Source: Escherichia coli | Lineage (GTDB): Bacteria > Pseudomonadota > Gammaproteobacteria > Enterobacterales > Enterobacteriaceae | Assembly: GCF_009931435.1 (NCBI RefSeq) | Contig: NZ_CP043414.1 | Direction: 5' to 3' (one strand) | DNA length: 64,000 bases | In this document: one piece after another, positions 25,145-37,954 of the stretch | Layout of the letters: each line of letters starts with the position of its first letter | Numbering within the stretch: the first letter of the stretch is position 1 | Position numbers and translations under genes: made by a program | Notes under the pieces: generated by a model | Told to the model about the DNA's origin: nothing | The model's input: the letters and a program-made list of their open reading frames with translations, nothing else | Databases searched by the model: none

Positions 25145-26608
25145 TTACATCTTGGTATAAGGCTTAAAGCGTTCCTGCAGCTGGCGCAACTGGTCGATGC
25201 GCGCATCGTAACGTGCTTGTTGCAGGCTGCCTAATTTCACCTGAGAACTGGCGCTACTCAACAAGGAAATGGCCTGATCGAGTCGCCCGGCGAGCGCATA
25301 ACCTTCTGCTCGCGCAGCCAGTTCCTGATCGCGGTTATTTAGTGCGGCTTCCGCCTGTGCCAGTAAATCCCAGCCGTTGCTGTCATCTTTATTGTTAAAA
25401 GTGTAGCGATTCAGAATATTGGCCGCTTCCTGTGGTTGCCCCCCTTGCAGATAAGCGTTCGCCAGGTTGAGCTGCAACACCGGATTGGTGCGCAAATCGC
25501 GGGCATTTTTCAGGCGATTGATAGCGTCATTGGCTTTGTTTTGCCCAAGGTCGATATCGGTAGCCAGATCGAGATACCATGCGTTGCCAGGTTCTGCCGC
25601 CAGTAACGGTTGCAGCGTTTTACGCGCTTCGTCGTATTTATTGGCTTCCATCGCCTGTAAAGCACGACCATATTGCGCCGCTCGTTGCTGACGAACGTTT
25701 CCTTTCGCCCATTCATCCAGCAAATCACTGGTGAGCTGATTACGTCCGGAATTATACATCCCCAGTGTGCGCGCTTTCGCCAGATAGAAATCCTCCGACG
25801 ACTGCACCACCATCGGGCGCATCTGATTAGCACGGTTGCGGGCATCTGCCAGACGACTTTCCGGCAACGGGTGAGTCAACAAAATTTCCGGTGGACGCGA
25901 GGAGTAACGTGCCTGATCGAGCAATTTTTCGAGGAAGGTCGGCATCGCCTGCGGATCGAATCCTGAGCGTTGCAGCACCTGAATACCAATGCGATCCGCT
26001 TCCTGTTCATTTTGCTGGGTGAAGCTGATCATCCCCTGGCGCGTTCCCGCCAGTGTACCGGTCAGCGCTGCCATCCCCGCCTGCGGACTGGCCATCGCCA
26101 GTAAAATAGAACCTAACGCGCCGACCCAGGTCAGCGGCGCGCTGCGCTGTTGATCTTCCATCGCTCGCGCCAGGTGACGTTGGGTGACGTGGGAGATTTC
26201 GTGCGCCATAACTGAAGCCAGTTGACTTTCGTTATCGGAATAACGGAACAGGGCAGAGTGCAGCACCACGTTGCCGCCAAAGAAAGCAAAGGCGTTAATT
26301 TCGTCGTTGTTGATCAGAAAAAAATGAAACGGTGTCTTAACCGAATTGGCATGCGAAACCAGACGCATTCCTAGTGAATTAATGTACTGCGTTAATAGTG
26401 GATCATTAATTAACGGCGCGCTACCGCGTAGCTGGCGGACATAATAGTCGCCCATCTGCATTTCCTGACCAATGGAAAGCGTGCTTCCTGCGGAGGTTCC
26501 CATATCCGGCAAGGTGTCTGCACTATCGGCAAACGCCGGGGCTACCTGACCAATGGTCATGGCAGCAATGAGGGTTGCAACCAGGTTTTTTTTCAACTGC
26601 CTGAACAT
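25145..26608 (-). CDS. bepA: Beta-barrel assembly-enhancing protease (M48 peptidase with TPR)
   Basis: 487 aa, signal peptide, HEISH zinc motif. Confidence 0.93.
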   Translation of the reverse strand: MFRQLKKNLVATLIAAMTIGQVAPAFADSADTLPDMGTSAGSTLSIGQEMQMGDYYVRQLRGSAPLINDPLLTQYINSLGMRLVSHANSVKTPFHFFLINNDEINAFAFFGGNVVLHSALFRYSDNESQLASVMAHEISHVTQRHLARAMEDQQRSAPLTWVGALGSILLAMASPQAGMAALTGTLAGTRQGMISFTQQNEQEADRIGIQVLQRSGFDPQAMPTFLEKLLDQARYSSRPPEILLTHPLPESRLADARNRANQMRPMVVQSSEDFYLAKARTLGMYNSGRNQLTSDLLDEWAKGNVRQQRAAQYGRALQAMEANKYDEARKTLQPLLAAEPGNAWYLDLATDIDLGQNKANDAINRLKNARDLRTNPVLQLNLANAYLQGGQPQEAANILNRYTFNNKDDSNGWDLLAQAEAALNNRDQELAARAEGYALAGRLDQAISLLSSASSQVKLGSLQQARYDARIDQLRQLQERFKPYTKM

Positions 26609-26820
26609 AACCTCTGTCCTGTGTTTCTGGAGATAGTCATTTGACCGATACTGTGAAATATCGTTCCCACCGCGCCGCCTTTGAGTGTAACGGCGAAGAT
26701 TAGCCCACTCAAATGACTTTTCAGTTTCCTGAATTCGTCATAAAAAGCGAAGTCTTTTTTGTGACATTTCGATACAATTGCGGATCGCAATCCCGCTCTT
26801 GAGGTTCAGGGAAGGTCTTT

Positions 26821-27882
26821 ATGCTCGAAATGTTGATGCAATGGTATCGCCGCCGTTTTAGTGACCCGGAAGCGATTGCCTTGCTGGTTATTTTAGTTGC
26901 CGGATTTGGCATTATCTTTTTCTTTAGCGGCCTACTCGCACCGTTGCTGGTGGCGATTGTGCTGGCCTATTTACTGGAATGGCCAACCGTGCGCCTACAA
27001 TCAATAGGCTGCTCCCGACGTTGGGCGACATCGATTGTATTGGTCGTTTTCGTCGGTATTTTGCTGCTGATGGCGTTCGTGGTAATGCCTATCGCCTGGC
27101 AACAGGGCATCTACTTAATCCGTGATATGCCGGGGATGCTCAATAAGCTCTCTGATTTTGCCGCCACGTTGCCGCGCCGCTATCCGGCGTTAATGGATGC
27201 GGGGATTATTGATGCAATGGCCGAAAATATGCGCAGCCGAATGCTCACCATGGGCGATTCGGTGGTGAAAATTTCCCTCGCCTCGCTGGTCGGTTTGCTG
27301 ACCATTGCCGTCTATCTGGTGCTGGTGCCATTGATGGTCTTCTTCCTGCTGAAAGACAAAGAGCAAATGTTGAACGCCGTTCGCCGGGTGCTGCCGCGTA
27401 ACCGTGGTCTGGCAGGCCAGGTGTGGAAGGAGATGAATCAACAAATCACCAACTATATCCGTGGGAAAGTGCTGGAGATGATCGTGGTGGGGATTGCCAC
27501 CTGGCTGGGATTCTTACTCTTCGGGCTGAACTATTCGCTGCTGCTGGCGGTGCTGGTCGGCTTCTCGGTACTTATTCCGTACATTGGTGCATTTGTGGTG
27601 ACCATTCCGGTGGTTGGCGTGGCGCTATTCCAGTTTGGTGCTGGCACGGAATTCTGGAGCTGCTTCGCGGTGTATCTGATCATTCAGGCGCTGGACGGCA
27701 ACCTGTTAGTACCTGTGTTGTTCTCCGAAGCGGTTAACCTGCATCCGCTGGTCATTATTTTATCAGTAGTGATCTTCGGTGGTTTGTGGGGATTCTGGGG
27801 CGTATTCTTCGCCATTCCATTGGCGACGCTGATCAAAGCCGTGATTCACGCCTGGCCCGATGGGCAAATCGCGCAAGAATAA
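26821..27882 (+). CDS. perM: AI-2E family transporter (putative permease)
   Basis: 353 aa polytopic membrane protein, MLEMLMQWYRRRFSDPEAIALLVIL... Confidence 0.9.
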   Translation: MLEMLMQWYRRRFSDPEAIALLVILVAGFGIIFFFSGLLAPLLVAIVLAYLLEWPTVRLQSIGCSRRWATSIVLVVFVGILLLMAFVVMPIAWQQGIYLIRDMPGMLNKLSDFAATLPRRYPALMDAGIIDAMAENMRSRMLTMGDSVVKISLASLVGLLTIAVYLVLVPLMVFFLLKDKEQMLNAVRRVLPRNRGLAGQVWKEMNQQITNYIRGKVLEMIVVGIATWLGFLLFGLNYSLLLAVLVGFSVLIPYIGAFVVTIPVVGVALFQFGAGTEFWSCFAVYLIIQALDGNLLVPVLFSEAVNLHPLVIILSVVIFGGLWGFWGVFFAIPLATLIKAVIHAWPDGQIAQE

Positions 27883-27918
27883 TCTTCAGCCCGACGAACT
27901 GTTTCGCCGGGCTGATTT

Positions 27919-28767
27919 TTAGGGTTCCTGACGTAAATAAATAGCCCGATAACAAATACTCACCAGCACTGCACCGCCGATAATATTACCCAGCATCACC
28001 GGGAGCAGATTGGCGGTAATAAAATGGCTGACCGTCAGTGCCGGAAAATTGTCTGCGCTACTGTGCGCCAGTTGCCAGAAGGAGGTAGGGGCGAAATGGC
28101 GAATGGCAATGGCGAACGGAATCACAAACAAATTGGCGATACAGTGCTCAAAGCCACTGGCGACAAACAGGGTGATGGGCAAAATCATGGCGACGATTTT
28201 GTCGCATAATGAACGTCCGCAATAACTCATCCACAGCGCCAGACAAACCATCAGATTGCACATAATGCCGAGGCTGACTGATTCAGTAAATGTATGATGC
28301 ATTTTGCCCTCGGCGCAGTGTAAAACCGCGACTCCCCACATCGCGTTTTCACTCATCACCAGCCCGGAAAACCAGATTAACAAACTGAAACAGGCAATAC
28401 CTGCCAGATTACCGCAGGCCACCAGAAGTGCATTAATCAGCCATGTTCGCAAGCTAATAACGCCCCGACTTTTTGCCATCACCGTCATTACCGACGAGGT
28501 GAACAGGCTGGTGCCGCAAACCGCCAGCAAAATAAAGCCGAGTGTAAAGCAAAGGCCACCCACCAGATGGGTTAATGCCTGTGAAGACGGGGCATCGGCG
28601 ATAACGGTAAGGTAAAAAGTAAATCCGATCGCCATAAACACGCCTGCGGACATCGCCATTAAAAAGACCGACACTTTGCTGCGGGCAATTTTATGGGCGG
28701 CAATCCGTTCAGCGATTGCCGCTTTTCTGGCGCTCAACTGCAAGTCGAAAGAGAGTTTGTTTCTCAT
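27919..28767 (-). CDS. focB: Formate channel FocB
   Basis: 282 aa FNT-family sequence immediately downstream of hyfR. Confidence 0.9.
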   Translation of the reverse strand: MRNKLSFDLQLSARKAAIAERIAAHKIARSKVSVFLMAMSAGVFMAIGFTFYLTVIADAPSSQALTHLVGGLCFTLGFILLAVCGTSLFTSSVMTVMAKSRGVISLRTWLINALLVACGNLAGIACFSLLIWFSGLVMSENAMWGVAVLHCAEGKMHHTFTESVSLGIMCNLMVCLALWMSYCGRSLCDKIVAMILPITLFVASGFEHCIANLFVIPFAIAIRHFAPTSFWQLAHSSADNFPALTVSHFITANLLPVMLGNIIGGAVLVSICYRAIYLRQEP

Positions 28768-28788
28768 GCATACTCCTGCAAAAACAGA

Positions 28789-30801
28789 TTACAACACCTC
28801 GCGAACCGAGATCCCCAGCCGCTGCATTCGTGACAGCAGCGTGGTGCGCTTCATCCCTAATCGCGTCGCCGCGCCACGGGGCCCGGCAACAATGCCATTG
28901 GTTTCTCGCAATACCTGAACAATGCGCTGACGTTCTTCTTCGTCATTCTCTGGCGTCGTCGGGTGCAGTAACTGCGCCATTGAACTGCGAAGCGCCGAAT
29001 TTTCATTTAACGTCGGCAGTAAACGGCTTTGTCGGACATTAAGATGTAAATTCAGACTGTTACCGCGAGTCAGTAGTACCGCTCGCTCAATCACGTTTTC
29101 CAGCTCGCGCACGTTGCCCGGCCAGTCCCACGACATCAACTGGCGTAGCGCCTCGGTCGGGATGGCGTCAATTGCGCGATTCATATGGCGCGCCATTTTT
29201 TGCGTGAAATGCTTTGCTAAAAGAGGGATATCTTCCGGACGGTCGCGCAGTGGCGGCAGTTCCAGTGGGAAGACATTCAGGCGATAAAAGAGATCGCTGC
29301 GAAACTGGCGATCTTCAACCATTTGCCACAAATCACGGTTGGTGGCGGCAATGACTCTGACATTCACCGGGATCGTTCTACTCCCACCGAGACGCTCAAT
29401 TTCCCGCTCCTGTAATACGCGTAGCAGTTTGGGCTGAAGTTCTAACGGCAGATCGCCAATTTCATCGAGAAATAACGTGCCGCCATCGGCAATTTCAAAA
29501 CGACCACGATGAGTGTTAATCGCGCCAGTAAATGCCCCTTTGTCGTGACCGAATAACTCACTTTCCAGAAGACTGGCGGGGATAGCGGCGCAGTTGATTT
29601 TGACCAGCGGCTTGTCGCGTCGCGGGCTCAGTTGATGGATCGCCCTGGCGATCACCTCTTTGCCGGTTCCGGTTTCACCACAAATCAACACCGTACTGTC
29701 GCTCTTCGCCACAATATCTACCTGCTGGAGTAAATCTTCCATTGCCTGGCTTTGGTAGATAATGTCACCGACGCCCAGATTCGAAAGGAGCTGCTCGCTA
29801 AGCTGGTGGTTTTCTTGCTGCAAGCTTTCCTGCAAATCGGTCATGCTGCGCCAGGCATCGGCATTGCCAACGGCAATAGCGATGCGATCGGCAATATGTT
29901 GTAGTAGCTGGCAGTTTTCCTCACTAAAGAGAGTGGGAGAGGTATGCGCCAGCAACAATGCACCCGGTGTATGGTTGCCAAAGGTGAGCGGTATAAGGAG
30001 CGCAGATTCGCAGCCGTTAGATGCAAGTAAGTGTAATAACGGGTCGCGTTGCCAGAGAAACAGATCGTCTGCACGGTGCGTCAAGGTCGGTTGTCGGGTT
30101 TGTAGCGTTTGTGTCAGCAATACACTTTCGCCAGGCATACAGCGTGGCAGACACGCACAATGTGAGGCAGAAAGATCGCTGCACCACAGGCTGAACTTCT
30201 CGTTCTTTCGATGATCGCCCAGTACCATACTGACTGAAGCCAGACCGAAAAAATGATGGATCTCACGAGCGACGTCAGCGATCAGATCGTCGAGATCAAG
30301 ATGTGACAACACTGCATTAGTGATATCCACCAGTACCCGATGATGATCGCGATCTTTCTCCAGCAAACGCAGCGCCACCTGCTGTTCTTCATCATTGAGC
30401 CATGATTGCAGAACCGGAGTGATTATGTGTGCCAGCCAGTTAAACAGTGTGCAATCCTGGGGAGTAAAACGACTGCCGTGGGTGCGAATAAAGCGTAGCT
30501 CCGCCATTCCACTACTGCCGAGAAGGACGGCGTGGCGCGAATAATCGACCATCTCGCCCTGATACTCTGTTGTTGCCGTCACATCGCTGCCATCATCATG
30601 GTAGCGGTAATAGAAGTTGCTTTTGAGAACATGCAGTTCAATAAGTTGTACCGGGCTGAACGGCGGCGGCAGCGGGATGAAGGCGCGTAATAAAGACGCC
30701 TTGCCGTGTTTCTGCGCTAACCGCTCCGCGAGCATTCCGTTTACCGCTTCAATTGTTATTCCTTGTGGCGGGGCAAACATCGCCTCGTCTGACATAGCCA
30801 T
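28789..30801 (-). CDS. hyfR: Sigma54-dependent activator of the hyf operon
   Basis: 670 aa; GAF-like N-terminus, AAA+ sigma54-interaction core (GETGTGKE, ESELFGH), C-terminal HTH. Confidence 0.92.
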   Translation of the reverse strand: MAMSDEAMFAPPQGITIEAVNGMLAERLAQKHGKASLLRAFIPLPPPFSPVQLIELHVLKSNFYYRYHDDGSDVTATTEYQGEMVDYSRHAVLLGSSGMAELRFIRTHGSRFTPQDCTLFNWLAHIITPVLQSWLNDEEQQVALRLLEKDRDHHRVLVDITNAVLSHLDLDDLIADVAREIHHFFGLASVSMVLGDHRKNEKFSLWCSDLSASHCACLPRCMPGESVLLTQTLQTRQPTLTHRADDLFLWQRDPLLHLLASNGCESALLIPLTFGNHTPGALLLAHTSPTLFSEENCQLLQHIADRIAIAVGNADAWRSMTDLQESLQQENHQLSEQLLSNLGVGDIIYQSQAMEDLLQQVDIVAKSDSTVLICGETGTGKEVIARAIHQLSPRRDKPLVKINCAAIPASLLESELFGHDKGAFTGAINTHRGRFEIADGGTLFLDEIGDLPLELQPKLLRVLQEREIERLGGSRTIPVNVRVIAATNRDLWQMVEDRQFRSDLFYRLNVFPLELPPLRDRPEDIPLLAKHFTQKMARHMNRAIDAIPTEALRQLMSWDWPGNVRELENVIERAVLLTRGNSLNLHLNVRQSRLLPTLNENSALRSSMAQLLHPTTPENDEEERQRIVQVLRETNGIVAGPRGAATRLGMKRTTLLSRMQRLGISVREVL

Positions 30802-30830
30802 CAACAGTCCTTATTAATGAGAAATCCTTC

Positions 30831-31244
30831 TCATGCAATTTTTCTGGCCATCATATAGATGGCCGGTTCCTGCACAATTTCATCCAACAGATGAATGAAT
30901 TGAATGCTACGCGCCTGCCACACAGACGTCGCGTCATCTGCCAGTGGCGCGAATGCCCGGGTCAACAGGGCGGTGTGGCTGGCGTCAATAACAATCTCAC
31001 CAAAGGTCATCACCCCCAGCATCTTACGTCGGGCTTGCTCCTCTTCGACCTGTGCAAGCCAATCTTCGTATTCCGTCTGTGGGCAGCGGAAGGCGACATT
31101 CAGACAATCAATCACGCCAACGTGATGACCGATAGCCAACGAGTAATACATTACCTGGGAGCTGTGTTCCGGCATCTCGTCGCTACTGGCGATAAATTTT
31201 TTTCGCAGCGTCCAGAAAACAATTTCCCCGCACTCCTCAGCCAT
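30831..31244 (-). CDS. hyfJ: Hydrogenase-4 component J
   Basis: 137 aa; overlaps the hyfI stop by 8 nt. Confidence 0.88.
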   Translation of the reverse strand: MAEECGEIVFWTLRKKFIASSDEMPEHSSQVMYYSLAIGHHVGVIDCLNVAFRCPQTEYEDWLAQVEEEQARRKMLGVMTFGEIVIDASHTALLTRAFAPLADDATSVWQARSIQFIHLLDEIVQEPAIYMMARKIA

Positions 31245-31995
31245 GTAACCCCCGGAGAACGCGAAAGAGTTGCTGAACGATACTATTGAGACGCGGATCG
31301 TCGGCTTCGCGCAACCAGGTGTTAACCCGATTTCCTGTAGGATCGTCGCTTAAATGGCGCAGGAGCCGATCGCAAATTTCTCGCCCCTGACGATAGCCCG
31401 CCAGCCGCCTCGCTTCTCGCTCAATGGCGATACGCTGTGATGGCGGGATCTGCGGCCACAGCGGTTGCATGGTCACCCCGGTGGGATCGCGATAATCCAC
31501 CGCGTGAATCTTCTGTTGTAGCAAACCGAGCGCCACGGCGAAACCGTGAATGGTGGCGGCCGGTGTTGGCGGGCAGCCGGGGATCCAAACATCAATGGGG
31601 ACAATGGTGTCGCTGCCGCCCCAGACGCTGTAGAGATCGTGGAAAATACCGCCGCCGACACCGCACGCGCCGTAGGAAACACAGATTTTATGATCGGGGG
31701 CAGACTCATATGCCCGAAGTGCAGGCATACGCATCGCCCGGGTGACTGCGCCAGTAAATAACAAAATATCGGCGTGACGCGGTGATGAAACAACCTTAAT
31801 GCCAAAACGTTCTGCGTCGAATACTGGTGTGATGGCGGCAAAAATTTCGATTTCGCAGGCGTTGCAGCCGCCGCAATCGACGCGATAAACGTAGGCCGAG
31901 CGACGGATATCCTGTAACAAATGCTGCTTCATCTTTTGCGTTTGTTCGTCCAGCGTGATGGGCTGGCTGACATGTTGCGTAAGCACTGGACTCAT
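31237..31995 (-). CDS. hyfI: Hydrogenase-4 small subunit-like component I
   Basis: 252 aa NuoB-like sequence. Confidence 0.9.
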   Translation of the reverse strand: MSPVLTQHVSQPITLDEQTQKMKQHLLQDIRRSAYVYRVDCGGCNACEIEIFAAITPVFDAERFGIKVVSSPRHADILLFTGAVTRAMRMPALRAYESAPDHKICVSYGACGVGGGIFHDLYSVWGGSDTIVPIDVWIPGCPPTPAATIHGFAVALGLLQQKIHAVDYRDPTGVTMQPLWPQIPPSQRIAIEREARRLAGYRQGREICDRLLRHLSDDPTGNRVNTWLREADDPRLNSIVQQLFRVLRGLHG

Positions 31996-32537
31996 AGCTG
32001 CTCCTTAGCCACCAGCGGTTCATCTGTGTCGTCGTTGATCAGCGTCGCGCGTTGTTTGCATTCCGGGCAGACGCTCGCTTGCGCCCACAACATTTCGCGG
32101 TTTTGTGGTGCATTTTGTTGCTGTGCCAACAGTTCTGCAGCCAGTGCGACGGTTTTTTGCGGGGCAAACGGGCGTTCGCAACGGCTGCAACGTTGTAGCT
32201 GGAACGTCGCGCGGGTATAGAGATCGGCTTTATTGGTGACGGTCAGTTCAAAGTTATTGGTAAGCTGAATGGCTCTGGTCGGGCACACTTCTTCACAACG
32301 TCCGCAGTAAATACAACGCCCCAGATAGAGCTGCCAGGTGCGCGTATTTTGCTGGTCGTCGGTCTGGATAGTCAGCGCATTTGCCGGACAAGCACAGGCG
32401 CAGGCACCGCAGGCAATACATTGGCTGGGCATCAGGTCAGGTTTCCCGCGAAAGCCTGGGCTGACCTCCAGTGGCGCGAAGGGATATTTCACCGTCGCGG
32501 TTCCGGCGCGCATAATAGTTTTCAGTAACTTCAGCAT
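31992..32537 (-). CDS. hyfH: Hydrogenase-4 ferredoxin-like component H
   Basis: 181 aa with two 4Fe-4S Cys clusters. Confidence 0.9.
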   Translation of the reverse strand: MLKLLKTIMRAGTATVKYPFAPLEVSPGFRGKPDLMPSQCIACGACACACPANALTIQTDDQQNTRTWQLYLGRCIYCGRCEEVCPTRAIQLTNNFELTVTNKADLYTRATFQLQRCSRCERPFAPQKTVALAAELLAQQQNAPQNREMLWAQASVCPECKQRATLINDDTDEPLVAKEQL

Positions 32538-32546
32538 TTTCTGTCC

Positions 32547-34262
32547 TTACTTCAGCGGCGAACGGTTACGATCAATGCCGTAGCGTTCGATCTCTTTATA
32601 CGGCACGGTTTTTGACTGGCGCTTGCGCACATCAACCAGCGTCACACGGTCGGTACAGGAGTAGCAGGGATCAAGGCTACCGATAATCAGCGGTGCGTCA
32701 GAAACGGTATTGCCGCGCAGCATGTAACGCAGCACTGGCCAGTTGGCGTAGGTGGCGGCACGACAGCGCCAGCGGAACAATTTTTGGTTATCACCGAGCA
32801 TGCTCCAGTGCACGTCTTCACCGCGTGGCGCTTCAACAAAGCCCAGCGCGAATGCGTGAGGTTTATAGCTAAAGCCTTCGGTCAGCAGCGGGGTATCCGG
32901 CATGTTGTCGAGGGCAAATTCCAGCATTGCCAGCGAATCAAACGTCTCTTTGACACGGACCATCACGCGGGAGAAGACATCGCCGCCGGTAAAGGTAAAC
33001 AGCGTTTTTGGAATATTGCCGTAGTCGGCGTAGGGGTGATCAAAGCGCAAATCACGGGCAAAACCACTGCCACGGATCAGCGGCCCTACGGGGCTATAAT
33101 CACGGGCGATTTGTCGGTCGAGAATGCCAATGCCCTGAGTGCGTTGTTCCATATTCGGCGTGGCAAGCAGCATCTCTACCAGCTCCGACACGTCGGCGCG
33201 CATCTCGCGCACCAGTTTCATCGTTTGCAGACGTTGCTCTTTGAGAATATCGCGGCGAACACCACCAATCAGATTCAGACCGTAGGTTTTACGCGACCCG
33301 GTCAGCAATTCCGCCATCGTCATCGACTTTTCCCGCACGCGGAAAAATTGCATAAAACCGGTATCAAAACCAACAAAATGGCAGGAGAGGCCAAGGTTGA
33401 GCAAATGACTATGCAGCCGTTCGACTTCCAGCAGAATCGAGCGAATAGTATGCGCTCGTTGCGGCACCTCAATCCCCAGTGCATTTTCAACCGAGTTGGT
33501 ATAGGCCACACTGTGGGCAAAACCGCAAATCCCACACACGCGGTCCGACAAGAAGGTCACTTCGTTGTAGCCCATCCGCGTTTCTGCCAGTTTCTCCATG
33601 CCGCGATGGACATAAAACAGGCGGTAATCAGCATCGACAATTTGCTCGCCATCCACAAACAAGCGGAAGTGACCTGGTTCATCGGAGGTGATATGCAGCG
33701 GGCCAACAGGGATCACCCGCGCATCGCTGTTGCCCTCGTTGATAAACGGATACGTTTCGGTATCAGTCGTCGGTTCAGGGCGCAGTCGATAATCCATCGC
33801 GTCTTTGCGCAGCGGATGCATGTCTTCCGGCCAGTCATCGGGCAACACCAGGCGACGCTGATCCGGCAGGCCAACCGGAATCAGCCCGTACATATCGCGA
33901 ATTTCTCGCTCGCCCCAGACCGCGGCAGGGACGCGCGGTGTGACTGACGGAAACTCCCTACTGTCGGCATCGACCAGTGCCTTCACCACGATCCAGCATT
34001 TTTCGGCCCCTTCCATTGAAAGGGCATAATAAACCGCGTAATGACCGTTAAGTGTCCGCTCGTCGTTGCCAAACAGGACCGGAAGCCAGCCATCATGTTG
34101 ATAATAAAGATAATGTACAACGTCAGGCAGCAGATTTATTTTCACCGTAATGGTGACCTGTTCAGGCGTTTGTCGCTCTTCATCCAGCACCGCGCCGGGG
34201 AACTGCGTTTTCAGGGCGGCGAGAATCGCTTCGCCACGATTTGACGATGAATTAACGTTCAC
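32547..34262 (-). CDS. hyfG: Hydrogenase-4 large (NiFe) subunit G
   Basis: HycE-like sequence. Start placed at the GTG at 34262, overlapping the hyfF stop by 11 nt; the exact start is uncertain (the ORF track extends to 34307). Confidence 0.85.
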   Translation of the reverse strand: MNVNSSSNRGEAILAALKTQFPGAVLDEERQTPEQVTITVKINLLPDVVHYLYYQHDGWLPVLFGNDERTLNGHYAVYYALSMEGAEKCWIVVKALVDADSREFPSVTPRVPAAVWGEREIRDMYGLIPVGLPDQRRLVLPDDWPEDMHPLRKDAMDYRLRPEPTTDTETYPFINEGNSDARVIPVGPLHITSDEPGHFRLFVDGEQIVDADYRLFYVHRGMEKLAETRMGYNEVTFLSDRVCGICGFAHSVAYTNSVENALGIEVPQRAHTIRSILLEVERLHSHLLNLGLSCHFVGFDTGFMQFFRVREKSMTMAELLTGSRKTYGLNLIGGVRRDILKEQRLQTMKLVREMRADVSELVEMLLATPNMEQRTQGIGILDRQIARDYSPVGPLIRGSGFARDLRFDHPYADYGNIPKTLFTFTGGDVFSRVMVRVKETFDSLAMLEFALDNMPDTPLLTEGFSYKPHAFALGFVEAPRGEDVHWSMLGDNQKLFRWRCRAATYANWPVLRYMLRGNTVSDAPLIIGSLDPCYSCTDRVTLVDVRKRQSKTVPYKEIERYGIDRNRSPLK

Positions 34263-35832
34263 TGTGTTTCTCCGAAACAGATGCGGTGCCTGAAGGCAAA
34301 AAATCATGCCAGGTGCTACGTTGTGCAGGCAGGTCGTGCGTCCCTGAGAGGACTATAGTGGAAGCGCCCGCCAGGATCCTGATGACAGGTTGTGGAATAT
34401 GCGTTCCCATCGCCAGCATCATGACCAGCAGAATCACCATTGGCGAGGTGGTCAACCAGCCAAGTTCACCCCGGTTAACGGCCTGCGGCGGTTTCGCCAT
34501 TAACACCCGCGCAGCCATCCGTACCAGGCCCGCCAGCACCAGCGTTAACAGCAATAACAGCAGGACGATAATCAACAGGTGATTACGAGCCAGTCCGGCG
34601 GTAACGGTCATAAATTCGCTAAGAAAAATGTTGAAGGGCGGCATCCCGGCCAGCGCCAGCGCACCGCCGCCAAACAGCACGGCGGTAAATGGCATGATTT
34701 TGAGCATTCCGCAGACGACGTTGAGATCGCGCGTGCCGTACTTGAGCAGTACATTGCCGGAACCGCAGAACAGCAGCGTTTTTGCCAGACTGTGGTTTAA
34801 GGTGTGCAGCAGCGCAGCAAAAATTCCCAGCGGCCCGCCAATGCCTAGCGCCACCGCGACCAGTCCCATGTTCTCCACGCTGGAGTACGCCAGCAGACGC
34901 TTAATGTCCCGCTGTACCAGAATGAAAAATGCCGCCACGGCAACCGACAACATGCCGAAGATGAGCAACAACCGGTTGGGGAAATCGCTGCCGATGGCCT
35001 GGCAAATAATGATGTAATAGCGAATCAGCACCAACAGCGCGCAGTTCAGCAATACGGCGGAGAGCAGGGCGCTGACCGGACTCGGCGCTTCACTGTGAGC
35101 ATCCGGCAGCCAGGCGTGCATGGGAAATAGCCCGGTTTTGGTGCCAAAGCCAATTAGCACAAACACAAAGGCCAACAGCATTAATGTTGGGTCAAGCAAG
35201 GACGATTGCTTAAGAACCTCGCTCCAGAATATCGCCATTTCTGCCTGCGGCATAACGCTGGCGGCGTTGGCGTATACCAGCACGGTACCGAACAGACCAA
35301 AAGCGACACCAACAGTACAAATAATGATGTACTTCCATGCAGCTTCCAGAGATGAACGCTGACCGTAAATGCCTACCAGAAACGCCGAGCTTAAGGTGGT
35401 GGCTTCGATTGCCGCCCACATCACAATCAGGTTATTGCTGGTAACAACCAGCAGCATGGTGAACAAAAACAGATGGAAGAAACCGTAGTAATCGCACAGC
35501 GTAACGGGTGAAATCTCGCCGTGAGCCACTTCATGACGCATGTAGCCAATCGAGTAAACACCGGTGAGAAAGCCAATCACACCAAGAATGGCGAGGAACA
35601 AACCGCCCAGACCATCAATATGAAGCCACAGTCCGGCGGCGAATATTTCTTCCGCATCCGCGGCGGTTTTGACCACCCAGAGTGCCAGAATCAGCAGCAG
35701 TGTGATCCCTAAGCTATGTAATACTGTCACCGTGCGAGTCGCAGAGTGTCCCCGTTTCCGGCAGGCAAAACAGAGCAGCGAAAAAAGCAGCGGCGTGAGC
35801 AGGAGTAAAGCGAACATCACAGAATAACTCAT
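34252..35832 (-). CDS. hyfF: Hydrogenase-4 membrane subunit F (antiporter-like)
   Basis: 526 aa polytopic NuoN/NuoM-like protein. Confidence 0.9.
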   Translation of the reverse strand: MSYSVMFALLLLTPLLFSLLCFACRKRGHSATRTVTVLHSLGITLLLILALWVVKTAADAEEIFAAGLWLHIDGLGGLFLAILGVIGFLTGVYSIGYMRHEVAHGEISPVTLCDYYGFFHLFLFTMLLVVTSNNLIVMWAAIEATTLSSAFLVGIYGQRSSLEAAWKYIIICTVGVAFGLFGTVLVYANAASVMPQAEMAIFWSEVLKQSSLLDPTLMLLAFVFVLIGFGTKTGLFPMHAWLPDAHSEAPSPVSALLSAVLLNCALLVLIRYYIIICQAIGSDFPNRLLLIFGMLSVAVAAFFILVQRDIKRLLAYSSVENMGLVAVALGIGGPLGIFAALLHTLNHSLAKTLLFCGSGNVLLKYGTRDLNVVCGMLKIMPFTAVLFGGGALALAGMPPFNIFLSEFMTVTAGLARNHLLIIVLLLLLLTLVLAGLVRMAARVLMAKPPQAVNRGELGWLTTSPMVILLVMMLAMGTHIPQPVIRILAGASTIVLSGTHDLPAQRSTWHDFLPSGTASVSEKHSER

Positions 35833-35836
35833 CTCA

Positions 35837-36487
35837 TTATCCCTTCAGCGCGGTCAAGTTGTTCACGTCCAGCGTGCCGTGGGTACGCCATATTTTTCTT
35901 GCCAGCAACACCATCACAACGACGGCGAAAATGGCGTCGGTAGCGATACCAATTTCCACCAGTTCCGGTGCACGCCAGGCAAGAAGTGCCAGCACCAGAT
36001 GGGAGCCGTTTTCCATCAGGCAGTAACCAAAAATTTGCCGCAGGATATTGCGCTGGCTGACAATGCACAGCAGGCCAAGCAGAAAATGACCTAACGCCAC
36101 CGCCAGCGCCGGTTTCAGCCCGGTAGCCATCGGTAGCTTCACGGGCTGAACGACAAATGCGCAAAGCAGGACAATTAATGCCGCGAGCAATGCCATCATT
36201 GCCGGACCGAATAACGCTTTTTCCGGGAGGTTCTGGGGAATATTTCGTGCAGCGTAAATCATGATTAACGGTACCATCAGTACTTTGGTGATAAAGGCGC
36301 TGGCGGACCAGATCAGCAGTTGCTCTGCGGCGAACAGGCACGAGAGGGTGGCGAAAATAGACACCAGCACCAGCGACTGGCAGGCGTAAAATCCGCATGA
36401 CAGGCGATAGCTTTTGACACTAATCACAAACAGCGATGTCAGCATCATCAGTCCCGCCAGATTATTTACGATCATAGAACCGGTCAT
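35837..36487 (-). CDS. hyfE: Hydrogenase-4 membrane subunit E
   Basis: 216 aa membrane protein. Confidence 0.88.
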   Translation of the reverse strand: MTGSMIVNNLAGLMMLTSLFVISVKSYRLSCGFYACQSLVLVSIFATLSCLFAAEQLLIWSASAFITKVLMVPLIMIYAARNIPQNLPEKALFGPAMMALLAALIVLLCAFVVQPVKLPMATGLKPALAVALGHFLLGLLCIVSQRNILRQIFGYCLMENGSHLVLALLAWRAPELVEIGIATDAIFAVVVMVLLARKIWRTHGTLDVNNLTALKG

Positions 36488-36498
36488 TCATCATCTCC

Positions 36499-37938
36499 TT
36501 ACTGCAACCAGGTCGCGGCGAATACGCTGGAAATCAGCGACATCACAATCAGTACAATCAACACCAGGCGCATTGATCCTGGCAGCGGTGCGGCATCGGC
36601 GACGGCTTCGCTCGGTTTGCCAGGCACGACGCGACCAAACCAGCGAATAAACCAGGCGAAACTGGCGACCGATTCAATCATCAGCAGAATCATGGCGGGC
36701 AGCAGGATCCAGTACTCCACTGACAACGAAAAACCGGCAGCAAACAGTGGGAATTTACTGAAGAAGCCGTTGAACGGCGGCACGCCAGTAATCGCCAGCG
36801 CGGCCACGCAGAAACCCACGCCTGGCAACGGCAGGGTGTGCAATACGCCACGCAGACGCGGCAACAAGCGCGTGCCGCAGCTGTAACTCAGCGCACCTGC
36901 TACAAGGAAAAACAGGCTTTTAGCGAACGCGTGGTTGACGATGTAGGCGATGCTGCCCTCCAGTGCCAGCCGCGAGCCGAAGATGGAGAGCGACAAGCCG
37001 AAGAACATCCAGCCAAGTTGAGTGATGGTCGACCAGGCCAGCAACCGCTTCATATCCTGCTGCGGCAAATACATCAGAAAGCCGTAAAGAATGGTGACCA
37101 GTGCCATGACCATGCCAACGCCGCCAATCACATGCGGGATATTGCCGCCGTCGATAATGGCGCGGGCAAAAATGTAAACGCCCACTTTCACCATCGATGC
37201 GGCGTGGAGATAGGCGCTGATCGGTGTTGGCGCTTCCATTGCATCCGGTAGCCACGCTTGCATCGGTAGCTGGGCCGATTTTCCCCACGCGGCAAACAGG
37301 ATGCCGCCATAAACCAGATAACGTGCGTCGCCGTGTAACTCGCTCATCGCGCTAAGCGCAAACGTTCCGGTCTGCAAAAACAGCGTGGCGGCGGCAAGAT
37401 ACAACCCCAGCGAACCGATATGAGTGATAAGTAACGCTTTTAGTGCTGAACGTTGCGCTTTATCGCTCTGGTAATAACTGATCAATGCCCAGGAGCAGCC
37501 GCCCGTAATTTCAAAAAACAATAACTGACCGAGCAGCGTCGAGGAGAGTACCAGTCCCGCCATCGCGCCGATAAAAACCAGCAAAAATGCGTAATAACGA
37601 TTCGTGCCGTTATGCGGGTGTTCGCGATTTTTATCCGTCAGATAACCCGTGGAGTAGATCGTGACCAGCAAACCGAGGAACACCACCACAAACAGAATCA
37701 GCGTACTCACGCGATCAATGACCAGGCCAAACAACGCCACATCCCCCACGTTGACCAACGTCAACGTGACGGCAACTTTATCGGCCTGATAAAACGCGGA
37801 GATCAGCGACAACATGCACAGCGTGGTCAGCGCGGCGAACAAAATCCCCCATTCGGCGGCCCGACGTTGTGGCGAAAACGAAACGACCAGTGCGCCGATA
37901 AAAGGCAGCAATAACGTCGTCAGAGCAAGATTTTCCAT
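36499..37938 (-). CDS. hyfD: Hydrogenase-4 membrane subunit D (antiporter-like)
   Basis: 479 aa. Confidence 0.9.
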   Translation of the reverse strand: MENLALTTLLLPFIGALVVSFSPQRRAAEWGILFAALTTLCMLSLISAFYQADKVAVTLTLVNVGDVALFGLVIDRVSTLILFVVVFLGLLVTIYSTGYLTDKNREHPHNGTNRYYAFLLVFIGAMAGLVLSSTLLGQLLFFEITGGCSWALISYYQSDKAQRSALKALLITHIGSLGLYLAAATLFLQTGTFALSAMSELHGDARYLVYGGILFAAWGKSAQLPMQAWLPDAMEAPTPISAYLHAASMVKVGVYIFARAIIDGGNIPHVIGGVGMVMALVTILYGFLMYLPQQDMKRLLAWSTITQLGWMFFGLSLSIFGSRLALEGSIAYIVNHAFAKSLFFLVAGALSYSCGTRLLPRLRGVLHTLPLPGVGFCVAALAITGVPPFNGFFSKFPLFAAGFSLSVEYWILLPAMILLMIESVASFAWFIRWFGRVVPGKPSEAVADAAPLPGSMRLVLIVLIVMSLISSVFAATWLQ

Positions 37939-37954
37939 ATTCCGTCAGTGCTCC

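Noticed and set aside
32784-33947. 387 aa plus-strand ORF inside hyfG
   Set aside because: Antisense artifact within a conserved NiFe-hydrogenase large-subunit gene; Arg/His-rich, no start context.
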